Position numbers and translations under genes: made by a program
Part shown: piece after piece, positions 53,071 to 64,000 of the stretch
How positions within the stretch are numbered: position 1 is the stretch's first letter
Layout: the number at the start of each line of letters is the position of its first letter
Notes under the pieces: model-generated
What the model was told of the DNA's origin: nothing
Database searches by the model: none
The model's input: only the letters and a program-made list of their open reading frames with translations
Source: Octopus sinensis
Lineage: Eukaryota
Reading direction: 5' to 3'
Assembly: GCF_006345805.1 (NCBI RefSeq)
Contig: NC_042999.1
Location: 42,160,001 to 42,224,000, forward strand
DNA length: 64,000 nt

Positions 53071-53790
53071 TGAGAGCTCGAAGAGAAACCTCTGCAGGGC
53101 CAATTTTGTGGAACCACTGAAGACGTACGGGAATTTAGTGAAAATAGGGCAATTAAAAAAGAGAGAGCCTAAATGTAGCGCCCCAAGATCAAGCGAAATT
53201 ATATATATATGGAGAGAATGTGTCATAAAAATGTAGACTCTGTAGAACTTGGAACGAGGCAGTAGCACACATTGTGGCAGAATGCCCCAAGTGGGCACCG
53301 GAAGAATATAAGAAATGGAGTCACGACCAGGTTGCAAAAGTCCTACTCTGAAAACTGTACCAGAAACGGGGATCTGAAGCTGGAAACATATGATACAATC
53401 CTTGAGTCGAAAGAATACTAGAGTCGGAGAAATGTAAGATTTTGTGGGACTTACCTCTTTAAACGGACAGGGAGTTAGAAAATAATAGACCAGATATTAC
53501 AATTATAGATAAGGAAAAGCAAAGTTGCTTACTTACCGACCCATCATACCTGCTTCTTTTTAGGATCGTAAAGAAAGAGGAAGAAAAATAAAGAAAATAA
53601 AATCCTTTAAAATTTGAAATAAGAAGAATTTGACGCATGCGAACAGTAACGGTCGTGCCTACGATAATTGGTGTGTTTGAAACAGTAAGCCAAGATATAG
53701 ATAAATGTCTGAAGGAGACTGAAATAGAATGTCCGGTAGAGCTCCTACAGAAAGTTTACCTCTTAGGCTAGCATTTTTAAGGACAACGTT
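53070..53790 (+). mobile_element. R4/Dong-like non-LTR retrotransposon 3' remnant (CCHC plus RLE)
   Basis: EKPLQGQF ... CRLCRTWNEAVAHIVAECPKWAPEEYKKWSHDQVA ... KILWD ... NNRPDITIIDK ... VVPTIIG; contains stops. Confidence 0.88.
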
Positions 53791-54003
53791 TAATTGATAC
53801 CATAGACGCCTATTTTGCAATGGTATTTATCGGCCCAGGAGGGATAGAAGGCAAATTTAAGCTTAGCAGGAATCGAGCTCAGAAGATAAAGAGCAGGAGT
53901 ACATACCAACCAGATTTTGTCCGACATTAATTAACTCCATGCAAACCAGTTGATAATACTACTTGCAATATATATCTGCCTCGTGTATATCTGTCTCTCC
54001 TGG

Positions 54004-54107
54004 CTTCTTTACCGATGAGGTGTAGCCTTTGGTAGATTGACTTAATTTGATTTAATTAAGCTGGTTTGCCATAAAAAAACACCGAAACAATGAATTGTCT
54101 AAAGAGG
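54004..54107 (+). ncRNA. Type I hammerhead ribozyme motif with U4C core and extended stem II
   Basis: CUUCUUUA-CCGAUGA-GGUGU-[55-nt hairpin insert]-ACACC-GAAA-CAA-UGAA-UUGU-C-UAAAGAGG: 8-bp stem I, 5-bp stem II, 4-bp stem III and GUC triplet (predicted cut after 54099). Confidence 0.8.
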
Positions 54108-54729
54108 AATAGGGTAAATGTTTTTTAATTTTCCTTTAATTTCTGAATTACTACTACTTGGCGGTTTGAGTCCTAGCTGCTCTTTCTAGTGGGTCGAATG
54201 GCCTATTAAGGCCATTCCTCAATTGTTGTTGAATTTATATATATAGTCTATGGCTATTTTCTCTTTCTCACTAGACCGCTGGTGGCGAAAAAATTTCTAT
54301 TGAATTTTTTGCTACCCTATATTGATTAATATATATATATATATAAAAATTAAATTAGAGATAAAACCACTATTAAGCAAATCAAACAGTGAAAAACATA
54401 AACTAAAACATAAAAATTAAAATAATTAATATAATACACAAAATATATAAAAAATATAAAATTTAAAATAAATTTAAATTATTTAAATTTAAAATTATTA
54501 ATTTATATTTATAAATTTTTATAATTTTTAAAATATTTCTTAAATTTAAACTAATAAATTCTTAAATTTTTAAACTTCTTTTATTTAAATATATATAACT
54601 ATCAAAAAGTATTAAAAAGTTTAATATAAGATAATAAGTAAAACCACTATATATACATCCATATGTGTGTGTGTGTGTGTGCATATGTATACATTCCCAG
54701 CACAATGACAATGTTATAGTAACCATGTC

Positions 54730-55971
54730 AAAATCAAGTATTTACAACAAAATATCAAGGAACCAGAAAAAGAACTAAAGCTAACCGAAAAAGATTATGA
54801 AGGTCATAGAAGCCGCTACAGGAATACTTAACTAAATATTCTACTGCTGCAGTAAAGGGCATCCAGAATAAAACACTTATAATCACAGAGCTATCAGAGT
54901 TAATACTGTGAAGAGTCGAACTGAAAGAATAAAGGAAATCGGAGATAATGTAATATGAATGAACACGGATCAACATACAAACTCACCAAAGCTAAAAACT
55001 AACAAGCAATAAATATATATAGTAAGGTCCTACAAAATATTTTGTTCTTGAGAACAATCTGCTCAAGTATAGAGAGATTGAATGAGATGATCTATTCTCT
55101 AACAGAAGTAGTATCAAGGAAACCCAGATGTAATTAGTCCCCTCAGCCAAATTATATATAAAAATGGATATAATGCTTATAATAAAAAGGACCTGATATG
55201 AGAATAAGAAAACAAATAACAAAATTATCAATAAGGAAGAAGGCATCCAAAAGTGAAACTAAAAGTTTACACAAATTATATCATCAGCAGAAGCAGCCTG
55301 CGATGCTTTGTAAAATGCGAAGGCGTCTTTGTAGAGGATAAAGTATTTCAATCGAATACCAAAAGATTTCACAAGTACGTGAACAAAGAAGTGAAGGACA
55401 CACTAACATCAATGCAAAATCAAAAGTGTTTGGTGAGTGTATTGAACAAAGACATTCAACGCAATATCAAATCACGATCCATAGAAACGGAAAGAATAAA
55501 AACACCACAAGCAACGTTCAGCATAAACAACAACGATTCGCCAACATATCAAGAACTGTAAGATCGGAAACAAGCGGTTGAAGGAGGTCTCCAATTTCTG
55601 ACCGATGTAACGGACCAATTTCTGTGAAATGCTGAATGCTAAAACTAAATCACTATTCAACAACGAAAGTAACGACTGGTCCATGCAGTTACTAGCAAAA
55701 CAATGATTGCAGTTTCCAGACTCGCAAGAACGTCTGAAATATTCCAAGGATATTACATTTGGTCTTCATTTTACTTAATGTTTCTTACTGTTTATAGGGA
55801 TGTAGGAGTGGCTGTGTGGTAAGTAGCTTACTTACGAACCACATGGTTCCGGGTTCAGTCCCACTGCGTGAAACCTTGGCCAAGTGTCTTCTAGTATAGC
55901 CTCGGGCCGACCAAAGCCATGTGAGTGGATTTGGTAGACAGAAACTGAAAGAAGCCCGTCGTATATATGTG

Positions 55972-56029
<58 letters not shown>

Positions 56030-57350
56030 TGTGTTGTGTTTATCCCCACCCCTAACATCGCTTGACAACCGATGCTGGTGTGTTTACGTCCCCGTAACTT
56101 AGCGGTTCGGCAAAGGAGACCGATAGAATAAGTACTAGGCTTACAAAGAATAAGTCCTGGGGGTCGATTTGCTCGACTAAAGGCGGTGCTCCAGCATGGC
56201 CACAGTCAAATGACTGAAACAAGTAAATGAAAAAAAATGTAGGGAGGATATAGTTCATTTACCACGTTTCGTGTGTGTTGCTTCAGCACGATCATCTCTT
56301 CAGCATTGTTAAACTGCTTAACCAGGATATCAAGTTCTCCTTAGACTTAGAGGAATGCAAAAAAAAACGAGACAAATCGGTCAATGGAACTGTGATTAGA
56401 AACACCAGCCAGGGAAGTAATATAGGGGCTGTAGCGTTTAGAGTGCTAAAAGTGTTTGGGCATAGATCTGACTTAGCCTTCTCTGTGAAAGGTGTCCCAG
56501 TGATAATTATCTATGCAGTGGCATCTATAATAAATGACAGGAAGTACTGGCTTGGAATAGGATAGAACTCAACTCCACAGACGAAATCTACAAGAAATCT
56601 ACTTAAAAACAGTCAAATGCAACAGGACACCCAACAGCTGTACATTCCTAGAAGAGGGAGCACTAAAGGTAGAAAAATATAAGCAGCGTAGAACATTATA
56701 AAAAGACATTCAAGTTGCCCTCTATCTTTCCAACTCAAGAAAAGACTACAACTTTCTCCTGTTGACTACAATTATAAAGTAAGTAGCAAATCTATTCTTT
56801 CCACGGCAACAAGATTCTTACACGAAGTGAATTTTCAATTCGAACAGCTACTGTACCAAAAACAGTAGCGAAAATGGACATATAAATGACACACACACCT
56901 GTCATGGTACACAATCATGGAAGCTTGATTTTCATGGCTAATAGTGATCATGAAACCAAGTATATATGGCCAACATGCATTAATCAAACTTCGATGGAAC
57001 AAAAGCAAGAAAATGTGCGATAGAGGGACTTCCTATCACTGCAGGGTCTACGACAAATGTCACTTATGAAGAATTTTCTGAAACAATATATGATATAGTG
57101 TCAAAATGCTTCACACTAGCTAAGGTAATATATACTTAGTGATACAGTCATGCTACGTAGTTGAACTACATACGCTTAGCAAGCAAGAGCTCTCGGGTAC
57201 ATTTATGAAACTCTACCTATCTTAGAAAATGATACTGTTAGAATACGGGTGAGTACGAGCTATCAAATAGACCACTAAATAGCACATAGTAATACTGGAA
57301 TTATTCTCCATAATAAAAATGATGTATTGGTATTCTGATCCTAAATTAGT
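54730..57350 (+). mobile_element. Highly decayed R4/Dong-like element interrupted by a SINE
   Basis: DKVFQSNTKRFHKY (pre-RT), LNQDIKFSLDLEEC, VPVIIIY, QLYIPRRG and ETIYDIVSKCFTLA occur in the expected domain order. Confidence 0.65.
55798..56228 (+). mobile_element. Full-length SINE family A
   Basis: Head, body and tail close to the other copies. Confidence 0.92.
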
Positions 57351-58317
57351 TTTATGGTGTGTAGATGTGATTGGGAAAACTTAAAATTACGCCAACTTAG
57401 ATAAGAAGTATGGAAAGATGTGACTTAGAAAGAACAATCATACCAGTTCACCGTCTAAGAATATTCGTAGATACTGCAGCCTCAAATTAAGACTCTGTAC
57501 TATCAGCCACATCCTACCGAAACCACTATGAAGAAGATGTTGGCAGCAGTGGAATAGTGAAATCCATCCCTCATAGAAATAGTGAAATCTATCCCTTCTA
57601 GGAAAAAGGAAAGAGCAGATTCTCCAATGGAATCAAAAGCGGCCTGGTGTGGGTACAGCAATCCCCCGCCTCTACCGCACATTTTGGAGATTGCTTCCTT
57701 TTAGAGCATTTCAAGGTAAGACTTGGCATCTTTGCCGTACTTTCTTCCCTGTCCTTATTCTCCTGAAGTAAAGGCTCGAACAAGACTGCAATCAATTTAA
57801 ATACGCCGAGGATGTCGTGGCTTTGTGTTAGTGGTGGTGGTGGTGATGGTGGTGGTCATTGTCATGGTGATGAAGATGATTATGATGAGGATGGGGACAA
57901 ATCCAACGAAAATGGTCGACATTACACCAGAAATTACAGAGGAGAACTTTCAATGTTGTTCATTATCATATTTATTGTTATTGTAATATTTCCTTCTATG
58001 AACCATGTGATATCATGTAATAAAAAATCTCTGAGCCACCTGTTTGTTATGATATTTATTACAACTAAATATGCTTACAAGGTAACACAACAACAATGAA
58101 ATGACTAGCATCTTTCTTTGAAATATGAATAATTGATATTTAATAAATGCGAAACCATTAAAGTTGCAGATATAGCTTTGGGGTTAAGAAGTTCACTTCG
58201 GAACCATATGGTTTTAACTTCGATCTCACTGTGTGGCGTGTGGTACCATAGGCAAGTGTTACCTACTATAAGCTCGAGTTGAACAAGGCTTTATGCATGA
58301 AGTTAGTAGACGTAACC

Positions 58318-58549
58318 TATTTCTTTATTACCCACAAGTGGCTAAACACAGGGGGGACAAACAAGGACAGACATAGGTATTAAGTCGATTACATCGACCC
58401 CAGTGCGTAACTGGTACTTAATTTATCGACCCCGAAAGGATGAAAGGCAAAGTCGACCTCGGCGGAATTTGAACTCACAACGTAACGCAGACGAAATACA
58501 GCTAAGCATTTCGCCCGGCGTGCTAACGTTTCTGCCAGCTCGCCGCCTT
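58318..58549 (-). mobile_element. Young full-length SINE family B (tail variant 1) with an 18-bp TSD
   Basis: Perfect TSD aagttagtagacgtaacc at 58300-58317 and 58550-58567; inserted in a decayed family A head. Confidence 0.95.
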
Positions 58550-59906
58550 AAGTTAGTAGACGTAACCAGTTAGGAAGTCTTTCGTGTGTTACGTATATGT
58601 GTGTATACACATAGACATATTTATTGTTATATGTGTTTTTGTGGATGTTCCTTGGTTATGTTCTGTAAACTAGTGGTTTAGCAAACTGAAACCGATAAAC
58701 ATCAAACTTAGATTAGGTAATGGCGTAAGTAAAAAATAAGGAATGAATCGATTAAAAAATAATAAGATTTAAGGCGAGTTGCCACAGCATGGACGCAGTT
58801 CAATGACAGAAACAAGGGACAAGAACAGAAGAATATATGAAGAGTAAAGTATCAGTCAATATATCCAGATGGCAGTTTCGAGAAACTTTTTGGTCAGAAA
58901 GCTGTTTAGTATGTTATCAGTAAGTAGGAGCAAACACACATACAAAGAGAGACAGGCAGACAGACAGAGTGTAATAGAGAGATGGAGATGAAGAGAAAGG
59001 GTCATTCTTACTGGCTGACATATATTGTGCTATTCATTTTGCTAAATATTGTTGCATGCTGGGAGAAAAAGAAAAATGAGATAGTGTATAAAATTGAATA
59101 AAAATGGCGGAGATTTTGCTGTCATGTTGATAAATATTTTTGCGTGGGGTGAAGACAATACTTGTCATAAATTGATAAATAGAGAACAGAGTTATGTAAT
59201 GGAGCTACGAATTTTGTGATGAGAAGTGATCCATTTCTATAGTGACGGTTAGTGAAACACTATTGTGAAGTAAATCTATCGTTCATGTTGGTAATAAGAG
59301 AAAACAGAGCTGACCGCCATCAGATTGATGGCCAAGGAAAACGATATATCATAGATCACTAGACTTTGGCAAACATACTTCATATTTATTGATCGCTAAG
59401 TTCTTTCAGCAAACCCACCAAAAATAATACAGTTATAATGATGTTTGATGCACCAACGAATTTCTTTACTTATTTATTTATTTTGGTTCTAGAAATTATA
59501 TTTGATATACAAGTTACTTTCAGCTGCCTTCCGTTTCTATCAATTTGCTTTCTTGTTTTTCCTTTTACATTTCTCAACCTCATCTCTTTTCGTTTGTTTT
59601 CTATTTTTCTATTCCTCATTCTATTTCTTCATTTACATTTAATATATTTTTTATTATTTACATTCATTCACATACATATTGATGAGTATATATAGGGATG
59701 ATTGTGTTTGCATTTCTGTATGTACAAACGTTTGTTTTCTATACGTACATTTTTCTATATCCAAATGTGACATATCTAATAAGTTTCTAAAACCTATGCA
59801 CAGCAAAATGCTCTTTATATGTATGCGTATATAAATACATATCATGCCTGTAAGTGTATGTATACGTGTGTTTATAACATATTTATACATATCTGATTAT
59901 GTATAT

Positions 59907-59941
<35 letters not shown>

Positions 59942-59959
59942 ACACACACATATATATAT

Positions 59960-60005
<46 letters not shown>

Positions 60006-60299
60006 TATATAATATATATTCATGTGAAATGGTGTGTTGAAACAGATGTTGTTCTAGTTCGGGATGGTCATTTTATTCATTATCTTCTCTTTTTTTTTTG
60101 CAAAATAAACACATGCACTATTTTTTTTCATTCGTTTATTACTGTTATTTTATTATTCTAACTCCTGTCCATTATCCGGAAATATTTAGTCACACATCTG
60201 TGGCCTCTTCAGCGACACTTTTCGTTTCCATGTGTGTTTTTGCTCCAATTACTGGAGCAGCACTGTAACAACAACATCACAAACATACTACTCTATAAC

Positions 60300-60920
60300 A
60301 ACTATGCCTGCCCTAGATATAGAAGTAATTACGTGAATAGAAGACAAAGGGTTTGTGACAAAGCAAACAGTGTGAACACGTAGCACAATACCGACAAATA
60401 TCAAGGGGTGATGTTTGTAGGGGCTACAGTTCATGAAAAACTAGCCCGTAGATTTAGGAAAGCTCTGAAGGAGGCCAAACTCAACACTAGGATCGTTGAA
60501 AAGCCAGGAATGTCCATCAGATCACAACTATGTAGGACGTACCCTTTTGAGAATACCATATGCACCAATGATAACTGCATGGTATGTAGGATTAACCCTG
60601 GCATTAACTTTAGAATTAGAATTGTAGTCTACAGCATAAGGTGCATAGAAGGTGCTTGTAAAGACAAGAACATGATATACATAGGTGTGACATCTAAGAA
60701 CATTGCGAAAAGACTAAATGAAAATTTGAGACAATATGACGACAAAAAACAGTCCTCCATATTCTACCAACATGCCAAGAACTAACATGGAGTCAACCTA
60801 GGTCAACTTGACATCCGCATTTTTTATCCAAGCATTCGAAGGACCCAACACTCAGACAAATACAGGAGTACGTCCTCATAAATGAAGCATCCCTAGCATT
60901 AAATAGGAAATATACTTAGT
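60300..60920 (+). mobile_element. Penelope-like element 3' remnant: linker plus GIY-YIG endonuclease
   Basis: ORF 60408..60785: C..DNCMVC linker and VVYSIRC...C...IYIGVTSKNIAKRLNE. Continues after a stop and frameshift with TLRQIQEYVLI...LNRK. Confidence 0.88.
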
Positions 60921-61955
60921 AGGTAGTCATACCACTAAACCCACAGTTTATATACATATATATTATATATACAGGTAGAATAGTTAGTGGGTTGTTACGT
61001 AGATGTATTTATGTGTATGTGTATATGTATACGTATATGTATATGTGTATGTAGGCAAATGGATATGAATGTAAGTAGATAGACACACAGATAGATACGT
61101 GCATAGGTAATATGAACAGACATACACACACAAGGAAACAAAGATACACAAACACACCTGTAAACACACACTCACATATACAAACGCACAAACGGAAACA
61201 CACAAACACATGAATATGCAGAAAGCATACAAAGCTACACACATACATGCATATATGTATACAGACACACATACATGAATACACACACACATACATACAC
61301 ACATACATACATACATACATACATACATACATACATACATACATACATACATACATACATGCATACATACATACATACATGCATGCATATGTGTATACCT
61401 ACACACATACAAACAAACGAAAAGAACCCAATGGATAACGGACAGAGTCAATGACTATTGAAAAGGTTGCAAGAGGCAACGAAACTTTTAGAAAAAATTG
61501 ATAAACGAGTGGAAATTTAAACGGTGAGTGTGTTAAATAATAAGGCACTAAATGAGAATGACTCTCCCCAGACACAACAAAATATACTTTAACACACGAA
61601 CAAATACAAAGAATCTTGCAAACCAAGTCCCAAAACCATATATAAATACATATATATATATATATATATAATTTCAACAATTGAGGGTAAAATTAATTAA
61701 TTAATCAATTTCACCAAGTATTCAGTATGCAAAGGGACCATTTAAGGCGAATTCAAATTATTACATTATATAAAAGGGCTTAGTAAAATAAATTACTTTG
61801 CCGCATACTGAACTCATTAGAAATAGCAGCCCAAAAAAACTTTTCTAAAACTATTTCTAATACTTAAAGAAAACCTCTCTCATATAGTGTTTGCTCAATT
61901 CAACTCACGGAAGTATGGGGGTAGAGACATTAAAAAATCAAATGCAAAGGTTATT

Positions 61956-62008
61956 TGAGAACGTACGTTTCAAGATTAGTCAAACTCGACATTTCTATCA
62001 TCAGCTCA
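61956..62008 (-). ncRNA. Type I hammerhead ribozyme motif (left arm)
   Basis: UGAG-CUGAUGA-[U-AGA..GUC/GAC..UCU-U]-GAAA-C-GUAC-GUU-CUCA; palindromic stem III ACGTACGT. Confidence 0.72.
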
Positions 62009-62523
62009 GAACTCCCTGGTTTGGATTTGAAAACACTGAAAGTGGGAGCATACCCTTTCGGCTTCTTCTCGCTTCTGAAGATCTGCTCGACACTAACAGT
62101 GCCAACAAACTCAAAAATGCAAGCGAAGAATTTCTGCTCTCCCCTTTCCACCAGCGTGGGTTAAAATCAGTAAACACTATGCTTTTTTCGGTAAAATCCA
62201 AGGCATTATATAGAGAGAGATGAATTATAATTTCAACAATTGAGGGTAAAATTAATTAATTAATCAATTTCACCAATCAATTTCACCAATCAATTGTTGA
62301 AATTATAATTCATCTCTCTCTATATAATGCCTTGGATTTTACCGAAAAAAGCATAGTGTTTACTGATTTTAACCCACGCTGGTGGAAAGGGGAGAGCAGA
62401 AATTCTTCGCTTGCATTTTTGAGTTTGTTGGCACTGTTAGTGTCGAGCAGATCTTCAGAAGCGAGAAGAAGCCGAAAGGGTATGCTCCCACTTTCAGTGT
62501 TTTCAAATCCAACCAGGGAGTTC

Positions 62524-62576
62524 TGAGCTGATGATAGAAATGTCGAGTTTGACTAATCTTGAAACGTACGTTCTCA
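62524..62576 (+). ncRNA. Type I hammerhead ribozyme motif (right arm)
   Basis: Identical core to the left arm; predicted cut after 62572. Confidence 0.72.
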
Positions 62577-63109
62577 AATAACCTTTGCATTTGATTTTTT
62601 AATGTCTAAACTACCCCCATACTTCCGTGAGTTGAATTGAGCAAACACTATATGAGAGGTTTTCTTTATTTAAGTATAGAAAAGTTTTAGAAAAGTTTTT
62701 TTTTTGGCTGCTATTTCTAATGAGTTCAGTATGCGGCAAAGTAATTTATTTTTACTAAGCCCTTTTATATAATGTTAATAATTATATATATATATATATA
62801 CACATGAGTACGCATTAATGAAACATGTATATGTGTATATACATACATATATAGATAATAGATATATTATGCATATATATGTATATATAAATATATATAT
62901 ATATATACATATATATATAAATAAATATATATATATATTTATACATATAATATATATGCATATATATATATATGCATGTGTGTGAGTCCTGTGTAAAAAC
63001 AAATGTACAATATAACATCTACAGATACTATATGTATAAACTTAGGAATATATTTATTTATAAAAGTATGTGTATCTATATTTATATATATATATATATA
63101 TATATATAG

Positions 63110-63148
<39 letters not shown>

Positions 63149-63262
63149 GTGAGAGAGATAGAGAGATAGATAGATAGATCGATAGATAGATAGATAGATA
63201 TATAGATAGATAGATGATATAGATAGATAGATACACACACAAAAACACACACAACACACACA

Positions 63263-63311
<49 letters not shown>

Positions 63312-63862
63312 TGTATTGTTGTGTTGGTTTCCTCTGCAAATGAAAACAAAAAGAAAGACTTGGGTCAAAATTGAATGTCTAAACTTTAAAGCAATTTTAT
63401 TTTTAACTCTAACTTGAAAATAATTTTAGAATCTGAAGCAATTAAGGATACAGATCAATACAGTGAATCGAATTTTTTGAACACAGTAGCTTTCAACCTT
63501 TTTGACCGTTATTGATCATAAAATATTTTTAGTAAAATTTATTAATCTGAACGGAAATTATTCTCAAAATAAACATTTTGGACATATAAGAAGCTTGACG
63601 TTATGTGAATTTGTCATATTCATTTCTTTGATCTGAATTAACGAAGTTTTCATCCGTCATTCTTTCTCATACCTTTTCGATTATTCACTCGCTCTTGCTA
63701 AATCGGTCTGCGATGTCTGTGTGTGCGTTCCAGCGGAGGTGGGGGGGGGGGGCATGTGTTTCTATATGCGTGCGTGTATACATGTGCGTATGCTTGTAAG
63801 AGTGTTGATGAATGCAATAATAAGCATATATGCATGAAAATATTCTTATATATACAAATATA

Positions 63863-63927
<65 letters not shown>

Positions 63928-64000
63928 CGCATATAGTACGCATATATATATGTCCGTGAGTCTATATATATATATAATATATGTACTTATATATATAGTG

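Larger units (their letters stand above)
61667..62783. mobile_element. (TA)n-anchored 559-bp unit with a partial tandem repeat plus an inverted copy (arms 61756-62243 and 62290-62783)
   Basis: A 50-bp direct repeat at 61667-61716 and 62226-62276 defines the period. The arms are near-identical reverse complements around a 46-bp spacer that carries a duplicated tcaatttcaccaa. Confidence 0.88.

Noticed and set aside
62211-62311. PacBio adapter remnant (AGAGAGAGAT / ATCTCTCTC) at the palindrome centre
   Set aside because: These bases are mirrored parts of the arms and the rest of the adapter is absent; an artefact is still possible but not shown by this.

Overview
This is AT-rich, microsatellite-saturated eukaryotic DNA. 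The repeat families look most like an octopod cephalopod genome, which is an inference and not a database result. No host protein-coding gene can be supported, and nearly all ORF-track entries are translations of simple repeats. The window is a mosaic of three tRNA-derived SINE families (here called A, B and C), non-LTR retrotransposon remnants (R4/Dong-like RLE, L1/Tx1, RTE, CR1-like, Penelope-like RT and GIY-YIG), Tc1/mariner remnants and MITEs, and non-autonomous Helitrons. Two observations stand out. First, there is a set of type I hammerhead-ribozyme motifs, mostly in TA-anchored elements. Four of these elements are foldback structures (19.3-20.1, 30.7-31.1, 46.3-48.0 and 61.7-62.8 kb) with one outward-facing hammerhead in each arm. 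Across them the tertiary 3-8 core pair covaries (C-G, A-U, U-A) and stem III is palindromic in each. Further solo hammerheads lie at 48.1 and 54.0 kb. Second, a near full-length U6 snRNA is fused to a full-length SINE, and the pair is inserted as one unit with a 10-bp target-site duplication (29.6-30.0 kb). All structural calls were made by eye, without covariance-model, alignment or folding software.
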